NCBI GenBank assembly: GCA_011364985.1
Contig: RDOC01000005.1
Location: 32,001 to 96,000, forward strand
Origin: Candidatus Thorarchaeota archaeon
GTDB taxonomy: Archaea > Asgardarchaeota > Thorarchaeia > Thorarchaeales > Thorarchaeaceae
DNA length: 64,000 nt
Reading direction: 5' to 3'
In this document: positions 19,831 to 28,764 of the stretch, in pieces
Layout: every line of letters starts with the position of its first letter
How positions within the stretch are numbered: the stretch's first letter is position 1
Program-made: the position numbers and the translations under genes
Notes under the pieces: model-generated
Databases searched by the model: none
The model's input: the letters and a program-made list of their open reading frames with translations, nothing else
Told to the model about the DNA's origin: nothing

Positions 19831-19938
19831 TTACCTCCTGTATGCAAGCGCGTACCCAATAGCATCGGTCGAAACAACCTTTGCCATTTTCGAATTCCTT
19901 GTTCCACTTCTGAATAGGGCATTCTTCTCAATTGCCAT
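19831..19938 (-). CDS. Microprotein B (35 aa) MAIEKNALFRSGTRNSKMAKVVSTDAIGYALAYRR
   Basis: GAGGT 8 nt upstream of ATG; overlaps the end of ORF A. Confidence 0.55.
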   Translation of the reverse strand: MAIEKNALFRSGTRNSKMAKVVSTDAIGYALAYRR

Positions 19939-20089
19939 TTTTACTTACCTCGTGATGCGTATGAGTAGTAGAGTGCCTCATTCCAGTGATAGTTCGAAGT
20001 TGATGCATATTGGAGTTCTTCACTTCGATTACTTGTTTCTTGGACCAATCTTGCTCACCAATCCTTGTGTGAACCAGTTGAGTTCGCAT
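19928..20089 (-). CDS. Microprotein A (53 aa) MRTQLVHTRIGEQDWSKKQVIEVKNSNMHQLRTITGMRHSTTHTHHEVSKNGN
   Basis: ATG lies at leaderless distance from a TTTATATA box (20117-20110, minus strand). Confidence 0.5.
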   Translation of the reverse strand: MRTQLVHTRIGEQDWSKKQVIEVKNSNMHQLRTITGMRHSTTHTHHEVSKNGN

Positions 20090-20104
20090 GTTTCCATACA
20101 AAGT

Positions 20105-20210
20105 CTACATATATAAAGGTTTGTAAACCAAACCATTTGTAACTAAAACCATTTTAATACGTACTTTTTTTGTCTTACATGGTTCCTACGATAAACCTTT
20201 TAAAATGGAT
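20105..20210. promoter_or_regulatory. Divergent archaeal promoter pair with possible operator repeats
   Basis: Minus strand AAACC-TTTATATA and plus strand AAACC-TTTTAAAA (BRE/TATA-like). AAACCATTT occurs twice between them, with an inverted ATGGTT. Confidence 0.6.
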
Positions 20211-20254
20211 TGCGCATAAAATACAAAGAACAAAGAACGAATTGGGATGATAGA

Positions 20255-20992
20255 TTGACGAAATATGAAGTGACTGACGCCCTTGAGGGAATTGAACTCA
20301 CGGAAGAGGGCAAACAGGAAATGCGCGACATCGTGTTCATTCACGATAAAGAACGTGGGGAAATCATAGACGACCAAGTAAGACATTTCATCATCCAAAT
20401 CCTGAAGCGCGGAATTGACGATATGCTGACGACTGAAACCAAGGACCCAAGTACAGGGGGAACTATTAGGATTCAGAGAGAAATAAAGCGATATGCAATG
20501 TCGGTTGTGGAGATTGTCAGAATGGCAAAGAGGTATAACGACATTGACAATGTGACCAAAAATCAAGTTTATCACCACCTGCCAAAACTCATTGAAGCGG
20601 GCTTTGTAGTCAAATATGGAACCGTTGTAACTGGAAAAAGAACAACGGATTACTACCGAAGAACGGCAAAGGGCTTTGTTCTTGCTACGAGCCAATCGAC
20701 TATGAATGAAGCGTTAATGAAGAGGAAAGCAGAAAGTCATGTCGAGAAGTTCTCAATCTTTGATATTACTCTTTCAGAGGCCCAGAAGAAGGAACTAGTG
20801 GGCCTGCTGTTTGAAGCAGCCAAGATAGAGAAGAAAGGCGTATCGGAAATCGCCAAGCTCGTGAAGGGGGACGTCGCCGATAAGGAGATACTATCGATGT
20901 ACGAGGATTTGGTTATGCTATATGCCCTTGGTGATGAGAACTGGTTACAAATTCATAGAAGGATACGGGAAATTCTCCTTCCAAACAAATAA
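20255..20992 (+). CDS. Winged HTH (ArsR-like) transcriptional regulator
   Basis: DQVRHFIIQIL...MSVVEI...KNQVYHHLPKLIEAGFV...TDYYRRTA. Likely TTG start at 20255 (ORF track starts at 20210). Confidence 0.85.
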   Translation: MTKYEVTDALEGIELTEEGKQEMRDIVFIHDKERGEIIDDQVRHFIIQILKRGIDDMLTTETKDPSTGGTIRIQREIKRYAMSVVEIVRMAKRYNDIDNVTKNQVYHHLPKLIEAGFVVKYGTVVTGKRTTDYYRRTAKGFVLATSQSTMNEALMKRKAESHVEKFSIFDITLSEAQKKELVGLLFEAAKIEKKGVSEIAKLVKGDVADKEILSMYEDLVMLYALGDENWLQIHRRIREILLPNK

Positions 20993-21024
20993 CCATTAGT
21001 CGATATCATCGAAATGGGAAAAAT

Positions 21025-21261
21025 TCAACAGGTCGCACATACATTCGTCTGAGTCTCACCTACACCCTCAATCGCCTTGAGTTTTTCCACAACGTAGATA
21101 CTCATGTCATCGTTAGACTTGAATTCTGCCTTGACAATGATGTCAAAAGCGCCGAATATTATGAATGCTTCTTTCGTTTCGTCAAGTGCGATGATTTTGT
21201 CCAGAACATGCCGATTGGACATCCCTTCTATCTTGATCATGATATAAGCTGTGATTGTCAT
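21025..21261 (-). CDS. Stand-alone Lrp/AsnC ligand-binding (RAM) domain protein
   Basis: AYIMI...IFGAFDIIVK...LKAIEGVGETQT. Confidence 0.88.
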   Translation of the reverse strand: MTITAYIMIKIEGMSNRHVLDKIIALDETKEAFIIFGAFDIIVKAEFKSNDDMSIYVVEKLKAIEGVGETQTNVCATC

Positions 21262-21364
21262 TGGATTGACCTCGCAGGTGTTTCTTTTGGACGATACGAT
21301 CTGCACTTATCCTTTACTAATTGGCTGCGCAGTAGTGATGAATCTGTGAGTGCTATTGAATGTG

Positions 21365-21742
21365 CTAAAGCCGCCTCATTAGTTGAATTGCAGTCTTCGC
21401 CAAATCAACAATGGTGAGCTCTGGTACGGAGTCAGGAGTGGCCCAAGCAATTGCCCAAGTGTCATCTTCTACAAGAGCCATTAGGAGATGACCTTGGTCC
21501 TTGTCCGCAGTTGCTATGTACGATTCGTCATCGGCAGCTACCAATCTGTAGGTCACACCACCTACCGAAATAGAGGAGGCTCCTGACGATGATGCAGTGG
21601 CTAAGGATTCTGTGGCATCGACAAGGTTATTCCAGTTTCTGGTAACCCAAATGATCTCACCGTTCTTCATAATCGCGAAAGCCTGAATCTTCGGATTATG
21701 GGAATACAGAAGTTTCCACTCATTATCGATAGTCATGTCCAT
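21365..21742 (-). CDS. Profilin-like protein (divergent paralog)
   Basis: IQAFAIMKNGEIIWVTRNW...SISVGGVTY...GHLLMA...WAIAWA; collinear with the neighbouring profilin. Confidence 0.72.
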   Translation of the reverse strand: MDMTIDNEWKLLYSHNPKIQAFAIMKNGEIIWVTRNWNNLVDATESLATASSSGASSISVGGVTYRLVAADDESYIATADKDQGHLLMALVEDDTWAIAWATPDSVPELTIVDLAKTAIQLMRRL

Positions 21743-21847
21743 TTTGATTTCACCAGAATGCAGCTATATTCTTGGACACCTAGAACTCACAAGATGGGTC
21801 GGACGGATTGCATTGGCCAGATAGACAGCCCATCTCAGACTGCCTTC

Positions 21848-22228
21848 TTAGATTTTGCCTTTCAGTGATTTTGCAGCACGATCAACATCGACATAGATTC
21901 CGTCTGGAGCAGCTTCTGCCGCAGCCCAAGCAACAACGAACTTGTCGCCCTCGATTTTGGCTAAAACCAAAATGCCGCTTCCTTGAACATTTCTGGCTAC
22001 GAGACTATCGGGAGTTGTCCGAATTGTGCTGTATTTCACCTGATTCTGCATGACACTTGCAGCACCACTGCCAACTGCCTTGCCAAGCTGAGCTGCATCG
22101 GCTGTGAGGTCCCAGTTGTTTGACTGCCAAAGGACCTGGCCGGAGGTAGTGATTACTCCAAAGGCTTGAACCATGTTTCCGCTGTCATTGTAGGCTTGTG
22201 TGTATGCATCCATAACTGGATCTGACAA
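21848..22228 (-). CDS. Asgard-type profilin
   Basis: 126 aa; AFGVITTSGQVLWQSNNWD, QVKYSTIR, LVARNVQGSGILV, FVVAW. Confidence 0.82.
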   Translation of the reverse strand: MSDPVMDAYTQAYNDSGNMVQAFGVITTSGQVLWQSNNWDLTADAAQLGKAVGSGAASVMQNQVKYSTIRTTPDSLVARNVQGSGILVLAKIEGDKFVVAWAAAEAAPDGIYVDVDRAAKSLKGKI

Positions 22229-22402
22229 TATTATTCACCCCATGTTATACACGGTTTCTGGAAAGAAAGAAACAGTGTTACCATAAAAAGGAATTCTTGA
22301 TAGCCTTCTAAAAGTATCTTAGTCGGCAGTTGCCTAACATATTTTGAGAAATCTCATCATACTGGGGTCACACTCATATGTTCCGAACACATATTGGGAA
22401 TC

Positions 22403-22705
22403 ATGAGCCACGGACCGATCTGGGAGAACAACGATGGGGTCATCATAAAGATACTGGTTAGGCCGCGCTCGAAAGAGCGAGCTGTCATTTCTGAGCTCAC
22501 TGACGAGTATTTGGCCATCAATATCAGAGCTCCAGCAAGAGAAGGAAAGGCAAATATCGAACTCCTGAAACAATTGGCGAAACTCCTTCACGTGTCAACA
22601 GCCAACATAGAGATAATATCAGGTCATAAATCCCGAGAGAAGACCATCAAAGTAATCGGGATTCAGAAAGAACAAGTTGTCAAGCTGGTCACAAACGATA
22701 AATAA
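22403..22705 (+). CDS. DUF167 / YggU family protein
   Basis: VRPRSK..APAREGKAN..L.K....SGHKSREK. Confidence 0.92.
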   Translation: MSHGPIWENNDGVIIKILVRPRSKERAVISELTDEYLAINIRAPAREGKANIELLKQLAKLLHVSTANIEIISGHKSREKTIKVIGIQKEQVVKLVTNDK

Positions 22706-22802
22706 TCGCAAGCCTGAGATTTCCTTCACAGGAGTTCCCCTGTATTGCATCGTATCTGCTTCATGCAACAGATGTATGCTCGCTTAGCTAGGAGGATAAC
22801 TA

Positions 22803-25025
22803 GTGGACCAGACCCCAAGAACAACGAAAGCACTTCTCTTGGGCATCTTTGGAGCTGGCGCCTTCTATGCTGCACTTGTAGCTTTTCAGGGGAAATGGGA
22901 CGATCCAAGTGTACTTATTGCAATTCTTGTTGAGTGTGGATTGCTCTATGGATCATTGTATAGAAAAGCACCCGAAATCCCTGAAATTCTCACATTCTTA
23001 TTGGCAGCCCTGCTCCTGCCAATCTTCTCAGCTCTTCTCGGAATCCTCACTGAGATCACGATAATGGCGTCAGCTGGACTGATCATCTATCCTGCTGTTA
23101 TGAGCAGGCCAAGATTCCCCTTAACCAAGAGAGCGGTGACTTCTGGAATTATCATTGGTGTAATCATGACTTTCTTGGGGATCTATCTCGCGCTAAAAAT
23201 CGGTGTGGTCTATTTCATCGGAGCTGAGCTACTTGGTGCCTTGCTTCTTGGTGCATATGGCAGATATACTCCAGAGGAGAATACAATTGTTGTTTCCATA
23301 GCAAACAGCTCAGCATACATCTCTGTGGGCGTCCTAGTCGCCTTTCCTGCAATTGCAATCTTCACTCCACCCAGTTACGCAGACGCAGTAATCACATATC
23401 CCTTCATAGTCATCGTCACAGGCCTTAGCGCACTCTTTGGGTTGATTCTCTTGTTTCCATTCAGAGAGCAATTTGAAAAAGATCCATGGCCCCAAGTTGT
23501 TCCTCAAGCTAACTGCATTGTATCCCTCGCTGCAGATCCCAACTCAAAGGAGAATGTAGTTGGAGGAATGGTGACAAGTGCGTCTTGGATGGGGACCACA
23601 CGGTTCTTAGAGAGCATCACAGCCTCAAATCTGTCTTCACTCCCCCAAGCATTGGCACCTATTATCCCTGCAGCAGGAAATGTGCCAAATTGGATTGGAG
23701 TGACGAATTCCCCATTGCTTGCAGGAGTCGGATACTTCGTTGGATGGAAAAGGACACTCACGATAGCCCTCGGCACTCTAGTGACGGTGCTAATCTGGGT
23801 GCTTGTAGAAGGTGCAACACCAATCGAGTACGGGGAACACCTGCATCGTCCCGAGATAATCTACTTGGTTCTAGGAGTCTTCGTGGCAGTCATTCTCAAT
23901 GATATAGTTTCTAGTAGGGCAAAGGACCTGACACCCGAGGAATTTGAGAAGCAGGCAAGAAACCACAAGAATACTCTGAATGGGAAGAGCCAAGAGATGC
24001 ATCTAATCGATAAGCCGCATAAGGCAGAAGAGATTCAGGAGCTACTCCGAGTAAGAACGGAACTCTTCAGCATAGAAGCTCTGATGGAAGAGATCCGATG
24101 GATGGTAAAAGATCCTAGAGGTTACATGAGAAGCAAGAGAGGGAGATTGCCACCTTGGGTCGCTTTCACGTCACTAGCTCTCTTCGTAGTTGTGGGCATA
24201 GTTGTCTTCTCAGCTCTCAGACCTTTTCTGAACATCAGTATTCCGTGGCTATTATTCTTGATTGGAGCACCATTAGCAATGGTCTCGGCCTATTTCACCG
24301 CCAGAGCTATCAGCGAAACGGGTATGCTCGCCGGGTATATCTCAGATATCATTGCCATCCCTGCCATTCTGTTGTTCCGAACGACATTCCAATCGATAAC
24401 GACATTCATGGCGATGCTTGGGGGTCTTCAAGATGCTGCAATAGCCCTGTTAGTGCATCTAAAGCTGGGCAGAATCACTGGAGTGAAGGCGAGAAGCATT
24501 GTGAAGGCAGTTGCAATTGGAATGGCGCTAGGAACGTCGATTGGCTCCATGATAACCTATCTCTTGTACCGAACTTATGGTTTCGGCGGAGCTGAATTCC
24601 CTGCCCCTGTTTCACAGCTGTTCGGTTTTCTGGTCACTAGTATCACACATATTGGCAATTTCCAACTACCAGGAGCGGACCAGCTGCCCGGTATGCCCAT
24701 CTACCTCGCATTTGCATATCTCATGACTTTCGCTATAATTGGATATATTGCTGGAAGAGAACTCAATCGAAGAGGGTTTAGCGCAATTAGCTTGGCTGTG
24801 GGCTTGCTGATACCGCCAACTACATCAGTCACATTGCTAATTGGTGGAGCCTTGCACTACTGGGTCGACAGAAAGAAGAGGGCAGAGGCTCTTAACTCCG
24901 AAGCGATTGCAGCTTGCGAGAAGTCTGTGGAGAAGACGAGCCAAGTCCTGAGTGGAGTTGTAGCTGGAGAGGCTATTGTCACCGTGTTTGTTGTTGTATT
25001 GGCTGCCTTCGCAATGATTATCTAG
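22803..25025 (+). CDS. OPT/YSL oligopeptide transporter family protein
   Basis: LTKRAV..YLALKIG, EENTIV, LKLG, FPAP, SGVVAGEA. Confidence 0.85.
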   Translation: MDQTPRTTKALLLGIFGAGAFYAALVAFQGKWDDPSVLIAILVECGLLYGSLYRKAPEIPEILTFLLAALLLPIFSALLGILTEITIMASAGLIIYPAVMSRPRFPLTKRAVTSGIIIGVIMTFLGIYLALKIGVVYFIGAELLGALLLGAYGRYTPEENTIVVSIANSSAYISVGVLVAFPAIAIFTPPSYADAVITYPFIVIVTGLSALFGLILLFPFREQFEKDPWPQVVPQANCIVSLAADPNSKENVVGGMVTSASWMGTTRFLESITASNLSSLPQALAPIIPAAGNVPNWIGVTNSPLLAGVGYFVGWKRTLTIALGTLVTVLIWVLVEGATPIEYGEHLHRPEIIYLVLGVFVAVILNDIVSSRAKDLTPEEFEKQARNHKNTLNGKSQEMHLIDKPHKAEEIQELLRVRTELFSIEALMEEIRWMVKDPRGYMRSKRGRLPPWVAFTSLALFVVVGIVVFSALRPFLNISIPWLLFLIGAPLAMVSAYFTARAISETGMLAGYISDIIAIPAILLFRTTFQSITTFMAMLGGLQDAAIALLVHLKLGRITGVKARSIVKAVAIGMALGTSIGSMITYLLYRTYGFGGAEFPAPVSQLFGFLVTSITHIGNFQLPGADQLPGMPIYLAFAYLMTFAIIGYIAGRELNRRGFSAISLAVGLLIPPTTSVTLLIGGALHYWVDRKKRAEALNSEAIAACEKSVEKTSQVLSGVVAGEAIVTVFVVVLAAFAMII

Positions 25026-25990
25026 GCTCCCTGGTCAAGATACTCAGCAAGGCTCTGAAGAAATCGGGGAAAGTCATTCTTGCTCATCGATGCTCCCGCT
25101 GCGGCAGGATGACCACCACCCTGACCTCCGTCGATGGAAGGAAGTATTGCGTTCATGGCCTTGTTAAGATCGATGTTGCATTGACGCCTGCGGATACTGC
25201 AGTCCATATCGTCCCCTGAAGACCGTGCGCTGATACCAATCATCGAGTTTGTCAAATAGGCTGCGAACTTTGCGCTTTTCCCACGATAGCCATTGACAGG
25301 CATATCGAGGACGTAGCCAATTAGGTTCATTTTCCTAGCATTCTTCTGGACATATCGGAACACCTCATGCTCAATTCGGGTTGCCTTCAGTGCCAAATCC
25401 ACTATATCATTCATTGAGCTTGGCTCAATTCCCATTGTCAACTGGCGAACTAGGTCCTTCGACTCTCTTCGATAATCAATCTCCTGAAGGGCCTGAACAA
25501 GAATCCCAGCTTCAAGGTACAGAGTCCTTTTGTCATAATCGTCGAAGTGCTTCTTGCAGAAGGGAGTATCATCGCAGTAGTCACCTATGGCGCCATAAAG
25601 GGCTAAACGGAGAGCATGCTCTGGGAGCTCTTCGGCAAACTTTCTGAATACAAGCTCAGCTGCGCAGGGTCCGACTTCATGGAATAGGTCAACTCGATCG
25701 GACAGTTTCTTCTTTTGTCTTGCTGTCAAGGGATGATGGTCAGTCCAGTGGATTCTTGTTGAATCAGAGAATTTATCAAGAGCCCTTAGAATATCATCGA
25801 ATCGCTTGCTATTTATTGCTATGTCACTGATATGAACCACATCGGATTGGTCCTTTGCCACACGGTACAGGTCTTGATGAATCTGAGAAGGTTTTGTGAA
25901 GTAAAGATCAGCTCTAGGAAATGCGAGAAGTGCGATGGCACCTGAAGTTATTCCATCAAGGTCTCCATGAGTTAGTACTACATTCACCAT
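25022..25990 (-). CDS. DHH/DHHA1 family phosphoesterase
   Basis: HGDLDG, DHH, GGGHPAAAG. Confidence 0.92.
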   Translation of the reverse strand: MVNVVLTHGDLDGITSGAIALLAFPRADLYFTKPSQIHQDLYRVAKDQSDVVHISDIAINSKRFDDILRALDKFSDSTRIHWTDHHPLTARQKKKLSDRVDLFHEVGPCAAELVFRKFAEELPEHALRLALYGAIGDYCDDTPFCKKHFDDYDKRTLYLEAGILVQALQEIDYRRESKDLVRQLTMGIEPSSMNDIVDLALKATRIEHEVFRYVQKNARKMNLIGYVLDMPVNGYRGKSAKFAAYLTNSMIGISARSSGDDMDCSIRRRQCNIDLNKAMNAILPSIDGGQGGGHPAAAGASMSKNDFPRFLQSLAEYLDQGA

Positions 25991-26015
25991 TTCAAAACCA
26001 TCCTAGTATGCGACT

Positions 26016-27407
26016 TTATCGGTAGGTTTCTTCAAGAGCTTTATCCCATTCATCCTTTTCTTCGCCATGTTCTCGCCGTTTTTGAGCCTCCTTGCGAGCC
26101 TTCTCACGTGCCCTGCGCTTCTCTTTGGCTTCCTTCTTGAGTTGTTCAATTCTTCTTTTATGTCGCTTTTGCTCCTCTTCTTCTTCTTTGGAGAGTTTGG
26201 GTTCTTCCACGACTTCTCGCTTAGAGAACCAAGTAATCACCATAGCTGCAAAGGGGAATAATAGAGCAATAGGAACGAGAAGGAGAAGCGTCATCTCGGG
26301 TTGAAGAATCTCAACACTATTCTGGATTCCAATTGGCAGATTCAGTATAGTTGTAAGGACTGATGGACTGATGAGCAGGAATGATACAGCGACCACACTT
26401 AGAAATCTAATTGCAGACCCCATTATCGTTGAACCAATGATGTATCCAGAAGAGGGAGAAGCAGCCTTTGCAGTTAGCTCATCCCTTGCCCTCGAATCTG
26501 AGGTAAGAATGTCATCAACGTAGTTCTGTAATCTCCGAACGTCTGATATGGCATCTAAGTTTTCAAGCGCATCTTTACTTCCAACAACTTTCCGTTCAAT
26601 AGCTTCTCGGAGGAAGGAGAAAGCTGTGGCTCCTGAAGACCTGCTCATGGCTGTCAAACTCACTTTGTCACCGCGCTCAATAGCATCAACCTTGCGCGTG
26701 GCTTGTCTGAGCGCCAGTAGCTGCTTTCGCAAGGTTTCTTCTCGCTCTTCGACTGGCTTGCCCACCGAGTGGCTGTAAATCATCTGGTAGCTGGTTTCAA
26801 GATAGGCAAAGGAAATCAATGCAAGTATCTGCACTGGATGGAAGAGAAACACCAGGAAGTCAGCAGGGAATACTTCAAAATTGGGGATGAGATGTCCACG
26901 GAAAGCTGCCAAGATCAAAATGAGCTGCATCGACACGAATGCACCACTAGCGTACTTGTGTTCCATTCTGAACAGGCTTTGAAGAAACAGGGCAATACTG
27001 ACTCCTGCACATAAGAAATAGAGAAAGAGGAAAGCGTTGTCCCATAGACTAAGAAGAATTCTTTCGAGATCGCCTTGAAATTGAGCCATCACCTGGTTGA
27101 TGTTTGTAAGTGGACCTCTCACACCATAGGGCTGCATATACCACATTCTGAGAACAAGCGTATTGTACAAACCAGTGACCAGGGTCCCAGGGTTTGCTCC
27201 TGTGAATACAATAACAAGGGCGGATAGGAGAACTATTGAAGCAAAGAAGAATATCAATGAAAGAAGGCGGAATACTGTGACCACAAACTCGTATGGAGCA
27301 GCCCAATGCCAGACGTCATTTACGTCCATTGCACTGTAAACGAGGAATGCCATTGCGGCAAAGGTGACAATGGAGGCGAATCTGAGAATCCAAGTCACGA
27401 TCCTCAA
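26016..27407 (-). CDS. Polytopic membrane protein with charged coiled-coil tail
   Basis: Multiple TMs, cytoplasmic helical insert, K/E/R-rich C-terminus; overlaps the DUF58 stop. Confidence 0.8.
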   Translation of the reverse strand: MRIVTWILRFASIVTFAAMAFLVYSAMDVNDVWHWAAPYEFVVTVFRLLSLIFFFASIVLLSALVIVFTGANPGTLVTGLYNTLVLRMWYMQPYGVRGPLTNINQVMAQFQGDLERILLSLWDNAFLFLYFLCAGVSIALFLQSLFRMEHKYASGAFVSMQLILILAAFRGHLIPNFEVFPADFLVFLFHPVQILALISFAYLETSYQMIYSHSVGKPVEEREETLRKQLLALRQATRKVDAIERGDKVSLTAMSRSSGATAFSFLREAIERKVVGSKDALENLDAISDVRRLQNYVDDILTSDSRARDELTAKAASPSSGYIIGSTIMGSAIRFLSVVAVSFLLISPSVLTTILNLPIGIQNSVEILQPEMTLLLLVPIALLFPFAAMVITWFSKREVVEEPKLSKEEEEEQKRHKRRIEQLKKEAKEKRRAREKARKEAQKRREHGEEKDEWDKALEETYR

Positions 27408-28726
27408 AACATTGCCACTCCCCTTTGTTTTGCTTCCTCGTAGGTCTTTATGATTGTTGGAAGAAAGTCCTCAGGCCCAACATTGACAACAGAGATGTTG
27501 AATTTGGCCAAAGCCCGCGAGATCTTCCTTCTTCTCTCCCATAGCTCTTCAGATACTGCTTCCGAAAGCACTTTTTCTACAGGACCAAATTGTCCGACAG
27601 GTGCCTCAAACCATGGGCCAAACGGACTAATGACTTGCGCACGGTGTCCATTTGCCACAATCGTTTTCATGGCGTTTAGCAATGGAGCAGGACTTTCCTC
27701 CATATCTGTGAAGAATATGAAGAGAGATCGCTTTCGAGTCTGTTCCACCACGTAGGAAACCGCTGACTCATAGTCGCCCCATCCCGAAGGACTGGCCATT
27801 GCCAACGACTCCAGAACGTTATACATGTGATTAGGAGATGTAGCTGGGGGCACATAGGAGTGAACAATCTCGCTGAAGACACAAGTTCCAACCAGATCCT
27901 TCCTCTCAAGTCCAAGATGTGTCAGGAGCACAGCCGCTCGGATGGCATATTCCAGCTTTGTGTTCTCAGGATATCCATTACCCATACTCCCGCTTGTATC
28001 AACCATGCAGACGACTTGAATGTTCTTCTCCTGTTCGAATTGTCTTACAACAAGGTCCCCACGTTTTGCACTTGTCTTCCAGTCTATCAGCCTGAACGGG
28101 TCACCAGGCACATACTCACGAAATCCTGCAAAATCCGTACCCATTCCAACAATCTTGGTACGATGCGCACCAAACATCAGTCCAAGTTGTCGCTGCTTTC
28201 CAAGGGCCTCCATTCGACGTACATCTTTCCAAGTCGGATATACCAGAATTTCCGTTTCAGCTTCCAGAGTTCGCTTATAATAGTGTAGCCCTAGTCGATC
28301 ACGCATGACCACGTCTGTAGGTCCAAGATTGTACCGCCCGCGCATTCGTGCCTGTAAAATATAAGAAAAAGTGATGCTGCTTCCGGGCTCGATCCGACTA
28401 GCAATGAAATTCTCTCCGATTGCCAGTATCCAAGTTTCAGGATACTGGTCCCAGATCTCGATGAAATCGAAGTGCCTTCGTGACGTGTTATGAACAGTAA
28501 CACGCACACGTACGAAATCTCCGGAGAAGACCTTGACTTTGTCAATCTCTCTGTCAATCTGTATTCCTGCGATATTAGCTGTGAGTGCGAAAAGAGGCAG
28601 TGTTACAACTAGGCCTATGATTAGATAAACGCCAAGGGTTGTGAGGTAGAAATTCGCCCACACAAAGCCACTTGTTACTAGAAGTACTCCGGAGAATACT
28701 ACCGCAAAGCCTCTTTGAGTAATCAC
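27404..28726 (-). CDS. DUF58 (vWA-like) MoxR partner
   Basis: DFAGFREYVPGDPFRLIDWKTSAK and VDTSGSM MIDAS-like motif. Confidence 0.93.
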   Translation of the reverse strand: MITQRGFAVVFSGVLLVTSGFVWANFYLTTLGVYLIIGLVVTLPLFALTANIAGIQIDREIDKVKVFSGDFVRVRVTVHNTSRRHFDFIEIWDQYPETWILAIGENFIASRIEPGSSITFSYILQARMRGRYNLGPTDVVMRDRLGLHYYKRTLEAETEILVYPTWKDVRRMEALGKQRQLGLMFGAHRTKIVGMGTDFAGFREYVPGDPFRLIDWKTSAKRGDLVVRQFEQEKNIQVVCMVDTSGSMGNGYPENTKLEYAIRAAVLLTHLGLERKDLVGTCVFSEIVHSYVPPATSPNHMYNVLESLAMASPSGWGDYESAVSYVVEQTRKRSLFIFFTDMEESPAPLLNAMKTIVANGHRAQVISPFGPWFEAPVGQFGPVEKVLSEAVSEELWERRRKISRALAKFNISVVNVGPEDFLPTIIKTYEEAKQRGVAMF

Positions 28727-28764
28727 ATCACATCTTCTCCGTGATAATCACAGGTCAGGAGCAT

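Noticed and set aside
19757-20116. 119-aa plus-strand ORF from the track
   Set aside because: No recognisable motifs or SD. It is antisense to the SD-coupled microprotein chain and runs into the promoter region.
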